Of a stretch of 42,107 nt of DNA, positions 1 through 7,813 are shown one piece after another. The first letter of the stretch is position 1; the number at the start of each line of letters is the position of its first letter. Where the stretch lies: positions 1 through 42,107 of the forward strand of contig JBIKWF010000029.1 in NCBI GenBank assembly GCA_044356455.1. Direction: 5' to 3'. The translations under genes were made by a program, and so were the position numbers. Origin of the DNA: Bdellovibrionota bacterium. Lineage in GTDB: Bacteria; Bdellovibrionota_C; UBA2361; JBGSMV01. The notes under the pieces are model-generated. The model did not search any database. It saw nothing but the letters and a program-made list of their open reading frames with translations, and was not told the origin of the DNA.

Positions 1-493
1 CCTCATCGCTCTCCTCGCAATCTTCCTCTCTCTTACAGGCTATTATTATTACCGGGAAAGACAGATCGCGGATCTTCAAGAATCAATGCGCACCCAGATT
101 ACCGCTCTTCTTCCTAGCCTCACCTTCGAAGCGGGGGAGGAGGTTGCTCCGATTCAAGCGGAGAATGCCAAGCTGGATAAGGCGCTCGAAAGTTTAGGTT
201 CCGGTTCATTGGATAAATATACCGCCCTCGATTTATTAAAAGAAATTTCAAGTCTCATGCCGAATCGCCCTGGCCTTATTATTCGGACGATTAGCATCCG
301 TGGAAATCGAATTCGTCTCCAGGGAACAGTCCCCTCCTACGGTGATGTTGAAGCAATAGAGAAGGCGCTGCAAAGAAGTAAGACTATTAAGTTTCGCGCA
401 AAGCCCCCTGAAATTTCGGGGGCGGCAGGAGTGGTAGCGGGAGGAGCGAAGAACGCTCAGAATTTCTCATTTGATATTCGGGTGGAGGAATAG
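1..493 (+). CDS. Type II secretion GspL/PilN-like inner-membrane platform protein, 5'-truncated
   Basis: Frame is open from base 2 (LIALLAIFLSLTGYYYYRE, a TM helix) into ORF 86..493. Periplasmic PilN/GspL-like pattern LDLLKEISSLMP...IRLQGTVPSYGDVEAIEKAL. Followed by M- and N-like genes. Confidence 0.7.
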   Translation, partial: LIALLAIFLSLTGYYYYRERQIADLQESMRTQITALLPSLTFEAGEEVAPIQAENAKLDKALESLGSGSLDKYTALDLLKEISSLMPNRPGLIIRTISIRGNRIRLQGTVPSYGDVEAIEKALQRSKTIKFRAKPPEISGAAGVVAGGAKNAQNFSFDIRVEE

Positions 494-495
494 CG

Positions 496-1080
496 ATGGC
501 TTCCAGTCTCTCACCGCACATCGAGAAACTCTCTGCCCAACTTCGCGAGTCAGCAAAAAAGCTATCACGACGTGAGAAAATTCTTGTTCTCCTTGGCGGC
601 CTTTTTGTCGCGGTAAGCGCAGGAAACGTAGTATACGGCCCGATTCGAGAAGCATTTACTGCCCAAGAGAGTCGCTACGAAGAAACTGCCCAGCAACTGC
701 AGTATGTCGCAGCCGCCCTTTCGCGCTTTCAAAAGCTGCGGATTAGAAGAGATGAAATTGAGAAAGACTTCCGTGAGGTTGAGATCGAAGAAGGGGCACT
801 CTCTTACCTCGAAGACTTGGTGAAGACAAAAGCGGGGGTAGTAAACCCTCAAATCAGCCCGCGAGACATTCGCGATTTTGGCTCCGAGTATGAGCAAGCA
901 CCTTTCTTGATTCGTTTTCCGATTGTTGATCTTGCTCGGCTGGTTCAATTTCTTGAGGAACTTGTGCAAGGCAAGAAACCGTTCATCCTTGCAAGTCTTG
1001 ATATCAAGCGGCGACCTGCCGGCGACAGCCTGGACGTCGAACTTGAGGTAAGTAGCCTGAGACGAAAGAAGAGCCCTTAG
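496..1080 (+). CDS. Type II secretion GspM/PilO-like protein
   Basis: LSRREKILV + TM helix, coiled coil, then LARLVQFLEEL...LDIK...LDVELEV typical of GspM/PilO; starts 2 bp after the upstream gene. Confidence 0.7.
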   Translation: MASSLSPHIEKLSAQLRESAKKLSRREKILVLLGGLFVAVSAGNVVYGPIREAFTAQESRYEETAQQLQYVAAALSRFQKLRIRRDEIEKDFREVEIEEGALSYLEDLVKTKAGVVNPQISPRDIRDFGSEYEQAPFLIRFPIVDLARLVQFLEELVQGKKPFILASLDIKRRPAGDSLDVELEVSSLRRKKSP

Positions 1081-1081
1081 G

Positions 1082-1966
1082 ATGTTTCGCAAATTTGCCA
1101 TCGTGCTTTCTATGCTGCTTCTCGCCGCAGCGGCAGGCGCTTGGCTTTGCCGCGACTTGGTGGCGTCCCTTCTTATCGATAGGTTAGAAAGCGCAACAAA
1201 AGCTTCAGGCCTATCCCTCTCAATAGAGAAGCAGACCTTCAATTACCAAAGGCTTGAGCTAAACAACGTGAAGCTGGACGGGGTGATTCAAGGAATTCCC
1301 TTGTCGCTTAAGGTCGATGAACTTACCCTGGTCCCTGCGTGGAGCGCCCTCTTGCGCGGGAACGCTGAAGCCACGCTTAAAGGACGGCTCTATCGAGGGA
1401 CGCTCGACGCACAAGCGTCTTTCTCATTGGGGACTGGCGCCCTCTTGAGTTCAGGGACCCTTGAACGCTTAGAGCTCTCCGAGCATCCTCTGCTTGCCAC
1501 CCTGGGAATCGACCGTGGCCAACTAACTCTAGTCATCCCTTCATTCGCCCTCAAGGACCGCGCACCCACAGGGACGTTCGAGCTTAGCATCATCAAAGCT
1601 CGCAAGTCTTTTGCGACAACGCTCACCAAAGGGGTCCCTATGCCCATAACCATCCCCGCCTTTGAACGTGCCGACCTTAGCTTAAAGGGCGGACTTACCT
1701 CGAGCGGCCTTGTTTTACGCCCTGCCTCACTTAGCTGCGACTTCGGGTCGGCATCAGGAGACCTAAGTGCTATCCCTAACTCTGGCAGTCGTTCTATTGA
1801 GCTGGAAGGCGACTTTGAGGTTTCAATTACCGATGCCGGTGGAACACTCCTGGGGGATTGGCTCCCCTTGATAAGCCAGGGGACCCTTAATAAAGAGTCG
1901 CGGAGCTTTGGAGTCCACATCGAAGGACCGAGCCAAAGGCCGCAAATACGGATGACACCGCGCTAG
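1082..1966 (+). CDS. Type II secretion GspN-like protein
   Basis: N-terminal TM anchor, beta-rich body, C-terminal IEGPSQRPQI motif; position after L- and M-like genes. Confidence 0.6.
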   Translation: MFRKFAIVLSMLLLAAAAGAWLCRDLVASLLIDRLESATKASGLSLSIEKQTFNYQRLELNNVKLDGVIQGIPLSLKVDELTLVPAWSALLRGNAEATLKGRLYRGTLDAQASFSLGTGALLSSGTLERLELSEHPLLATLGIDRGQLTLVIPSFALKDRAPTGTFELSIIKARKSFATTLTKGVPMPITIPAFERADLSLKGGLTSSGLVLRPASLSCDFGSASGDLSAIPNSGSRSIELEGDFEVSITDAGGTLLGDWLPLISQGTLNKESRSFGVHIEGPSQRPQIRMTPR

Positions 1967-1987
1967 AGTCACAGTAAGGTCAAAGGT

Positions 1988-2641
1988 ATGATTTTAGGTC
2001 TAATTATTGCCCTGGCCTCAGTAGGCATTATCTTTGGGGCACTTACCGTTCTCAAGAAGAGAGCGGCCTCAACTGCAGGCGCAGAAGTGCAAAGTGCAGG
2101 CTCAAAACTTCCCGAGCTTGAGTCTCAGATTAAAGAGATCATCGCCTCTGCTTCAGCCCTCGTATCGAAGAAAAAACTTGAGAATATCTCGGCCCAAATT
2201 GAAGCGGCGCAGACGGAACTAGAGAAAGAAAAGGCGAATTTAAAGGAGATTGAGACTCGCCTCGACCAAGCCCAGAAGCTCGTTGAAGAAAAAGAAGGCG
2301 TCCACCAAGAGATGAAGTCCTCCAAGGAAGAGGACGAGATGCGCCTTAAGGACATGATGGAGCGCTACTCGGATCTCTCCAGCGAGTCCATGGCGCTTGA
2401 GCAAAAACTTGCTTCCTCAATGAAGAATTTAGACCAGCTCCTAAGTGAAGTAACCCTGACCGAAGATCAGCGCGCCATGTTCGAAAATCTCTCCGTATCC
2501 CTCACCTCCTCCGGGGAACGCATGCGGGACCTACTGACAGAATATAGTACGGTGCATGAGAGACTTGAGCTCCTCCAGCAGCAGCATAAGGACCTAGAAG
2601 AGGAGTATACTCGCCTCGTAGAGCAGCAGCTTGGTGAGTAG
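1988..2641 (+). CDS. Membrane-anchored coiled-coil protein, function unknown
   Basis: N-terminal hydrophobic helix then about 170 aa of E/K/Q/L heptad-rich sequence; AAGG just upstream of the ATG. Confidence 0.75.
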   Translation: MILGLIIALASVGIIFGALTVLKKRAASTAGAEVQSAGSKLPELESQIKEIIASASALVSKKKLENISAQIEAAQTELEKEKANLKEIETRLDQAQKLVEEKEGVHQEMKSSKEEDEMRLKDMMERYSDLSSESMALEQKLASSMKNLDQLLSEVTLTEDQRAMFENLSVSLTSSGERMRDLLTEYSTVHERLELLQQQHKDLEEEYTRLVEQQLGE

Positions 2642-2745
2642 ACCCTCCAAGGGTGGAATTCGTGGTCAAAACAGCAGCTTGCTGCATAAAACAAATTTGC
2701 GTGATTCCCAATTCTAAGCTAGAGTGCCACCTCGGCGAGGGCTAG

Positions 2746-2854
2746 GAGTCTGTCCCGTAGAAAATTTCTACCACTACATGTTGTGGTGGCAGCGGGACAG
2801 CCCACCTACGGATTGTGTCCAAAATGAAGATTTATGTTTCTACGGGACACACTC
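2746..2854. mobile_element. MITE-like element, family A, complete copy
   Basis: TIRs GAGTCTGTCCCGTAGAAA / TTTCTACGGGACACACTC, flanked by CTAG on both sides (2742-2745, 2855-2858). Near-identical inverted copy at 42022-42107. Confidence 0.8.
2771..2818. promoter_or_regulatory. Tandem NrdR-box-like palindromes inside MITE A
   Basis: CCACTACATGTTGTGG (2771-2786) and weaker CACCTACGGATTGTGT (2803-2818), starts 32 bp apart; resemble consensus acaCwAtATaTwGtg. Confidence 0.45.
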
Positions 2855-2999
2855 CTAGGTCCGTCTTTTCATAGACTGTTTTTCAAACTGGTATTTTTCA
2901 CAAACTGAAAAACTCCAGGACCAATAATATGGTGATGACCCCGGCCGAATCGGTCATTGGCAGCCTTGAATTTTAGAAACTTGAGATAGAGATCGTCAT

Positions 3000-3311
3000 A
3001 TGTCGAAAGAAAACAAAAAGTCGCTCCGCCATTTGAACGAAAGCTATGTGCACCAGATTCAGGTGCTCAAGGCGGTGTGCGGCGCTGCAATTACTGGCGG
3101 CAAGGCTAAACCTTTCGACATTAGTGAAGTCGCGGAAGCAAGCGGCCTGAAAGACGACAAAGAAACCCTCCGCTACCTCTACATTCTTGAGGGGCATAAA
3201 CTTGTTACCCCATTCCCTATTGGTGACTTCACCTCAAAAACCTGGCAGGTGACTGACGAAGGCGTGCGCGCATGGAAGCAGATTTCTTCTGAGCTCGATC
3301 TCGCTGCCTAG
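3000..3311 (+). CDS. Small winged helix-turn-helix protein
   Basis: FDISEVAEASGL...ETLRYLYILEGHKLV...WQVTDEG fits an HTH plus wing with the T-x-x-G ending typical of wHTH proteins. Confidence 0.65.
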   Translation: MSKENKKSLRHLNESYVHQIQVLKAVCGAAITGGKAKPFDISEVAEASGLKDDKETLRYLYILEGHKLVTPFPIGDFTSKTWQVTDEGVRAWKQISSELDLAA

Positions 3312-3422
3312 GAGTGTGTCCCGTAGAAAATCTTCATTTAGTGATCTCTGTGATCTTAGTGGTTGTTTTCATTAACCACTAAGACCACAGAGATCACTAA
3401 GGTGGCCTTGTTCAATGGTTCC
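3312..3422. mobile_element. Chimeric MITE-like element (family A left end, family B-like right end) with a 27-bp hairpin
   Basis: Left end CTAG|GAGTGTGTCCCGTAGAAAATCTTCATTT; right end TTCAATGGTTCC|CTAA; internal arms 3338-3364 / 3374-3400 pair at 26/27. Lies exactly between two convergent TAG stops and may act as a bidirectional terminator. Confidence 0.65.
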
Positions 3423-6155
3423 CTAATTTTCTTTGCAGACCTTACACTTCGAAACAATCTTGTTCGTGTCGTTCACAATTTGGTTAAGGTCACTATCAGT
3501 GCGCTGGCCCTTTCCACCAGGTCCCTGACGAACAATCCCGGAGCACGTGACAACTTTCTTCGCGTAGACGTTTGCGGCCTTAGCTGCCTGAGTAAGTGAT
3601 TTTTTTACTTTCTTCACTTCTTCCGCGAAGCTGATGGTAAGACATTCCGTTCCACACACGAGAACCGATTTAAGAATACGTTTATCCGCCTCACGCCTTG
3701 CCACTGCAAGCTTTGCTTTCGTGCTCGCGTAAGACTTTGAGTTCAGTAGCTCGCGGCAAGATGAGAACGCGCCCGCGCGCTTCACATCCCCCGCGAGTCT
3801 CTGCTCGATACTCTTTGAGGCGTTCTTCAACTTGTTTGCAATTTTCTTCATCTCCTTGGTCGGTTTTACCAAGGTGCAATTTGGAGGAATAGAAGAGCAG
3901 TTTAGAGGATCGGTTACTCCGCCTCCGCATACACCACACACATCAACTTCTTGAGTGCATAGATTCCCCGGCGTTGGACTTGGTTCGGCTGCTGGTGTCG
4001 AGGTCGAGGAGGCAACCGGTGACGCTGTGGGCGAAGGTGAATTCGTCACAATTACCACTGGTGTATGAGTAGCCGTGTTCACCGGAGTAGCGGTCGATGT
4101 TGCCGTAAAAGTCGGTGTTGAAGACGGTGCCATGGTCGCCGTGGGCGATGCCGTAGCTGTAGCTGTTTCGGTCGGGACAGAGGTCGCCGTATGAGTCGGA
4201 GTTGCCGTTGAAGTATGCGTTGGCGGCAGAGTGGCGGTCGAAGTCGCGGTCGGAGAATGTGTCGGGGTAAACGTCGCAGTTACTGTCGGCGAAGTCGTAG
4301 AAGTTGAAGTCGGCGTATGAGTCGCGACCTGCGTTGCCGTCGCGGTTGCGGTGGCTGTGGCGGTTGCAGTCGGAGTGGAGGTTACCGTAGGAACGGGCGT
4401 CTCTGTCGCCGTTGACGTCGGAGTACGAGTCACTGTGGGGGGAACGGTACTTGTAAAGGTCGCCGTTGGGGTTCTTGTTCTTGTCGGTGTTGCTGAGTTT
4501 GTAGGAGTCGAAGTCCTCGTTGGGGTTGCCGTCGCCGTATGAGATGGAACGGTGGTAGCAGTTGCCGTAGAGGTAGCTGTTGCCATGGCTGTCGCAGAAG
4601 CAGTCGGCGTCGGTGTGCATACTAGGAACGTGAGCGGCAAGACAATGTCGCTCTGCCCGGATACTCGCACTACAAGAGGATAGCTCAGGGAAAGCCTTGG
4701 AGCGCTAAAGGTCAACGCGCTATTGGGTGGAACTGAGAGCGAGCTAGTTTGCTGCCCATAAACCCAAGTAAAATTTACAGAGAACGGATTGGGGTTCGTC
4801 ACCTGCCAATACAAGATGGTACTCGGATCTGGAGAACATAGCTCCTGGACTGAAATCACAGAGTAAGGAGTTGGGCTAGGCGTTACCGTCGCGGTGGCCG
4901 TAAGCGTGGGGGTACGAGTTATTGTTGGGCTCGCCGTCGCGGTGTGCGTCGCAGTGGCAGTTGGGGTTGCCGTTACCGTTGGCGTACGCGTCGGTGTCCG
5001 AGTCACCGTCGGGCTCGGGGTTAGAGTATGAGTTGCAGTGGCAGTGCGGGTTGCTGTCGCTGTGCGCGTTGCAGTTGCCGTCGCCGTGCGTGTGGGAGTT
5101 CGGGTAGCGGTCGCTGTTGCAGTTGGGGTCCGCGTCGCGGTGGCCGTCGCCGTAAAGGTAGCCGTGGGAGTTGCGGTCGACGTTGAGGTAGCAGTAGCCG
5201 TCGCGGTAGGCGTAGGGGTTGGACAGACCGGCTGACCGGAGGAATCAAGGTAGGGGCAGCCGCCCGTTGTTCCTATAAAATCGACAAGTAAATCTTGGGA
5301 TTCACCCTGACTACCGGGCGCATTCGGATCCGCAAGCGGCATTACTATGGTGCCGGATGCGTGGAGGGTAATTGCACCCACCTGCGAAAAATCGGCGCCT
5401 CCATCTGGCCCCAAAGAAGTCATGTCGCTAAAAGGCAAGGTTGCCCATGAATCTGGATCGATGGAGGGCTGTGCAGAGCAGCCCGATAGCGCAACCGACG
5501 GAAGGTAAGCCTTGTGGAGGACAATTACTCCCTCACTCCAGCGAGTCGCTGAGGTGTACACTCGGATCGTAAGCCGAAATGGGCACCGACATGGGGGCTC
5601 TCCTTGCCGAGGTGGATCAGGGCACATGTTTATACACGCAAGCGAGGCAGGGTAGTCGTATCTAATGCGCATGGCGAAGGCGTCATTCGCCGCCACGCTG
5701 CCAAGATTTATACCTCCTAGGCCTATTGGATTTACCGAGATCATTCCCTGCACATCGGGAGACGCCATCGATTCATCTACGGCATTTCCATCCCATTTTA
5801 GGAATGTGGTTCCGTAGGCTGAAGGGCCCGCTGAATGGCCATACCAGCGGCTAGCAGAACCACCGATGACAAGGGTAGTAATTGAGGATCCGACATCCGA
5901 AAATTCATTGGGAGAAAAAACTCGCGCCCCGTAATCACGGTAGCCTCCAAGGATTTCTGGATTAAAAGTTGTGTTTGTAACTTTGGCCGATGGGTTCTGA
6001 AGATCCCAAACGGCGCTTGCTGGTGATTGCGTTCCTGAAAAGCAATCGATAGGTACCGCAAAACCACTTACGGGAAGAGCAAGTTGAGCAATGGTGAGGA
6101 CAGCGAGAATTCCTCGGAATGCCCTGCGGCAGAATGCTAGTGAATTGGCTCTCAT
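3423..6155 (-). CDS. Secreted Thr/Pro/Ala-rich (mucin-like) surface protein with Cys-rich terminal domains
   Basis: Signal peptide after ATG 6155 (ORF track starts at 6206). N-terminal beta domain (WDG...GLGGINL...ADFSQVGAITL), two long TATATPT tracts, and a C-terminal DVCGVCGG motif followed by a basic Cys-containing helical domain. Confidence 0.8.
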   Translation of the reverse strand: MRANSLAFCRRAFRGILAVLTIAQLALPVSGFAVPIDCFSGTQSPASAVWDLQNPSAKVTNTTFNPEILGGYRDYGARVFSPNEFSDVGSSITTLVIGGSASRWYGHSAGPSAYGTTFLKWDGNAVDESMASPDVQGMISVNPIGLGGINLGSVAANDAFAMRIRYDYPASLACINMCPDPPRQGEPPCRCPFRLTIRVYTSATRWSEGVIVLHKAYLPSVALSGCSAQPSIDPDSWATLPFSDMTSLGPDGGADFSQVGAITLHASGTIVMPLADPNAPGSQGESQDLLVDFIGTTGGCPYLDSSGQPVCPTPTPTATATATSTSTATPTATFTATATATRTPTATATATRTPTRTATATATRTATATRTATATHTLTPSPTVTRTPTRTPTVTATPTATATHTATASPTITRTPTLTATATVTPSPTPYSVISVQELCSPDPSTILYWQVTNPNPFSVNFTWVYGQQTSSLSVPPNSALTFSAPRLSLSYPLVVRVSGQSDIVLPLTFLVCTPTPTASATAMATATSTATATTVPSHTATATPTRTSTPTNSATPTRTRTPTATFTSTVPPTVTRTPTSTATETPVPTVTSTPTATATATATATATQVATHTPTSTSTTSPTVTATFTPTHSPTATSTATLPPTHTSTATPTHTATSVPTETATATASPTATMAPSSTPTFTATSTATPVNTATHTPVVIVTNSPSPTASPVASSTSTPAAEPSPTPGNLCTQEVDVCGVCGGGVTDPLNCSSIPPNCTLVKPTKEMKKIANKLKNASKSIEQRLAGDVKRAGAFSSCRELLNSKSYASTKAKLAVARREADKRILKSVLVCGTECLTISFAEEVKKVKKSLTQAAKAANVYAKKVVTCSGIVRQGPGGKGQRTDSDLNQIVNDTNKIVSKCKVCKEN

Positions 6156-6416
6156 TCCTTGTCCTAGAAGTCCGTAGGTAAAACGCGCGCAGAAAGGCGA
6201 CCGCACCCTGCGGTTCTATTGAGATGCGAGTCGGAAAGATTTCGATTGAACCTTTACAAAAGCCTGAAGAGGGACCAGAGCACACGTTTTTATCTCATAT
6301 TTTCAGATAGTTACCGCGACTGCCAGATAAATTCTGTGATAGGCCCCACGTCCCTTGAAGCAGGGAGCGGCATCAGAACGAATAGTGTTTGATTATTGGT
6401 TTTACTGTGAGGCTGT

Positions 6417-6749
6417 ATGCGAAACGTTTTATTGGTTCTCACTCTCGTACTTGCTTTGGGAACTCACACTGCGCAGGCCTCAGAACTCCACCCAATTCTT
6501 GCAAATATCATAGAGCTTCAACTTGACGTTAAGGCTAATGCTATACCGCTCGGCGAGGCTGCGGAGCGCCTTGAAAAAATTCGCTCTGTAATTTCGAAAA
6601 CTTCGAGCGGAGAAAAAGCCGCAAGCCTTTTGGCCACTACTGAATCTCTCTCACGAGATTTCGGAGAACTTGGGAGAAGGGATTTGCTTCTCTCAATCTG
6701 CTCTCGCGCTAAATACGCTACCTGCCTCGAGGCAGTGCAAGACCTCTAA
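6417..6749 (+). CDS. Small secreted hypothetical protein
   Basis: GAGG upstream; signal peptide ending AQA-S; helical body with a Cys pair. Confidence 0.6.
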   Translation: MRNVLLVLTLVLALGTHTAQASELHPILANIIELQLDVKANAIPLGEAAERLEKIRSVISKTSSGEKAASLLATTESLSRDFGELGRRDLLLSICSRAKYATCLEAVQDL

Positions 6750-6781
6750 GGCTAGGTTCATTAACCAGACGCGCTTGTCCC

Positions 6782-7813
6782 TTATCCTACCTTCTTGCAG
6801 TGTTCTGCCAGCCTGCCCATTTCATAGCGGCCGCCCGTCATAAAAATAGTCCTCTCATGAATGTCGACGGGCTGACGGTCCAGAATCGGGATACTTCCAT
6901 CGGTTGCAATCGCGCCCGCTTGCTCAGCGATGAAACCCAGCGGGATGCACTCGTAGAGTAAGCGCAACTTTCCATGAGGATTCTTGGCATCAGGCGGATA
7001 AAGAAACACGCCCCCTTGACGCAGGTTTCTATCAAAGTCAGCGACAAGCGAGCCTACGTAGCGAGCCGAGTAGGGATTACCCTTCGCGTCTCCCTTCTCT
7101 TTCAGTTCATTAACAAATGACCGCACTCCTGGGGACCACTGGCCACTTCGTCCCTCATTCACGCTGTACGTGCTACCTCGCTCAGGCATATGTATCTGCT
7201 CCTCTGTAAGAACAAACTCACCGATTGAGGGATCCAGCGTAAATCCGTGAACTCCTTGCCCTGAGGAATACACGAATGACGTTTTTGCCCCATACACGGC
7301 ATAACCCGCTGCTACGACATGGCGTCCGCTTTGCAAAAAGTCATCCACTCCGCACTCCGCGCCTTTAGTGCGTCTTCGCAGAATGGAAAAAATCGTCCCG
7401 ACCGGAATATTGGAGCCGATATTGCTTGAACCATCCAGCGGATCAAACGCCACCACATACTTCGCCTGGTCAGAAGAGCGCCCCGCGGGAACCACCGTAT
7501 TCTGTTCTTCTGAAACCATCAGGCCAAAGTGTCCCGAGGCTCCGAGAAGTTCAATGAGCGTCTGATCCGCTTCCTCATCAAGTTGACGCACCGCCTCGCC
7601 CTGTACGTTCGTCCTTCCCGTGTACCCAGTCAGCCCCTTAAATCCCGATGTTGCTATGAGGCTACTAATAATCTTAATTCCAAGGCCTATTGAAGAGAGC
7701 AAGTCGGACAGTTCACCTGTGCTTTTGGGGTAGAGTCTTTGCTGAGCAAGAATAAAGCGACTAAGCGTATGAGTCGGTACCGGATGCAGCGCATTCATAG
7801 ATATGTTCCTCAA
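6782..7813 (-). CDS. fbp: Fructose-1,6-bisphosphatase class 1
   Basis: NVQGE, SEE, FDPLDGSSNI, RYVGSLVAD and GKLRLLYEC signatures. Confidence 0.96.
   Translation of the reverse strand: MRNISMNALHPVPTHTLSRFILAQQRLYPKSTGELSDLLSSIGLGIKIISSLIATSGFKGLTGYTGRTNVQGEAVRQLDEEADQTLIELLGASGHFGLMVSEEQNTVVPAGRSSDQAKYVVAFDPLDGSSNIGSNIPVGTIFSILRRRTKGAECGVDDFLQSGRHVVAAGYAVYGAKTSFVYSSGQGVHGFTLDPSIGEFVLTEEQIHMPERGSTYSVNEGRSGQWSPGVRSFVNELKEKGDAKGNPYSARYVGSLVADFDRNLRQGGVFLYPPDAKNPHGKLRLLYECIPLGFIAEQAGAIATDGSIPILDRQPVDIHERTIFMTGGRYEMGRLAEHCKKVG

Noticed and set aside
565..1920. Minus-strand ORFs 565-1242 and 1390-1920
   Set aside because: Antisense shadows of the tightly packed gspM/N-like genes.
2746..3422. Composite transposon carrying the wHTH gene
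   Set aside because: The outer ends belong to different families and the upstream element is already complete with its own CTAG duplication.
3363..3599. 78-aa ORF beginning MFSLTTKTTEITK
   Set aside because: It starts inside the 9-bp-periodic hairpin and runs antisense to a real gene.
3943..5248. Alternative-frame ORFs (VAVAV..., DSYADSN..., Arg/Gln-rich) within the Thr/Pro-rich gene
   Set aside because: Shadow frames produced by the low-complexity ACN-GCN/CCN codon repeats.
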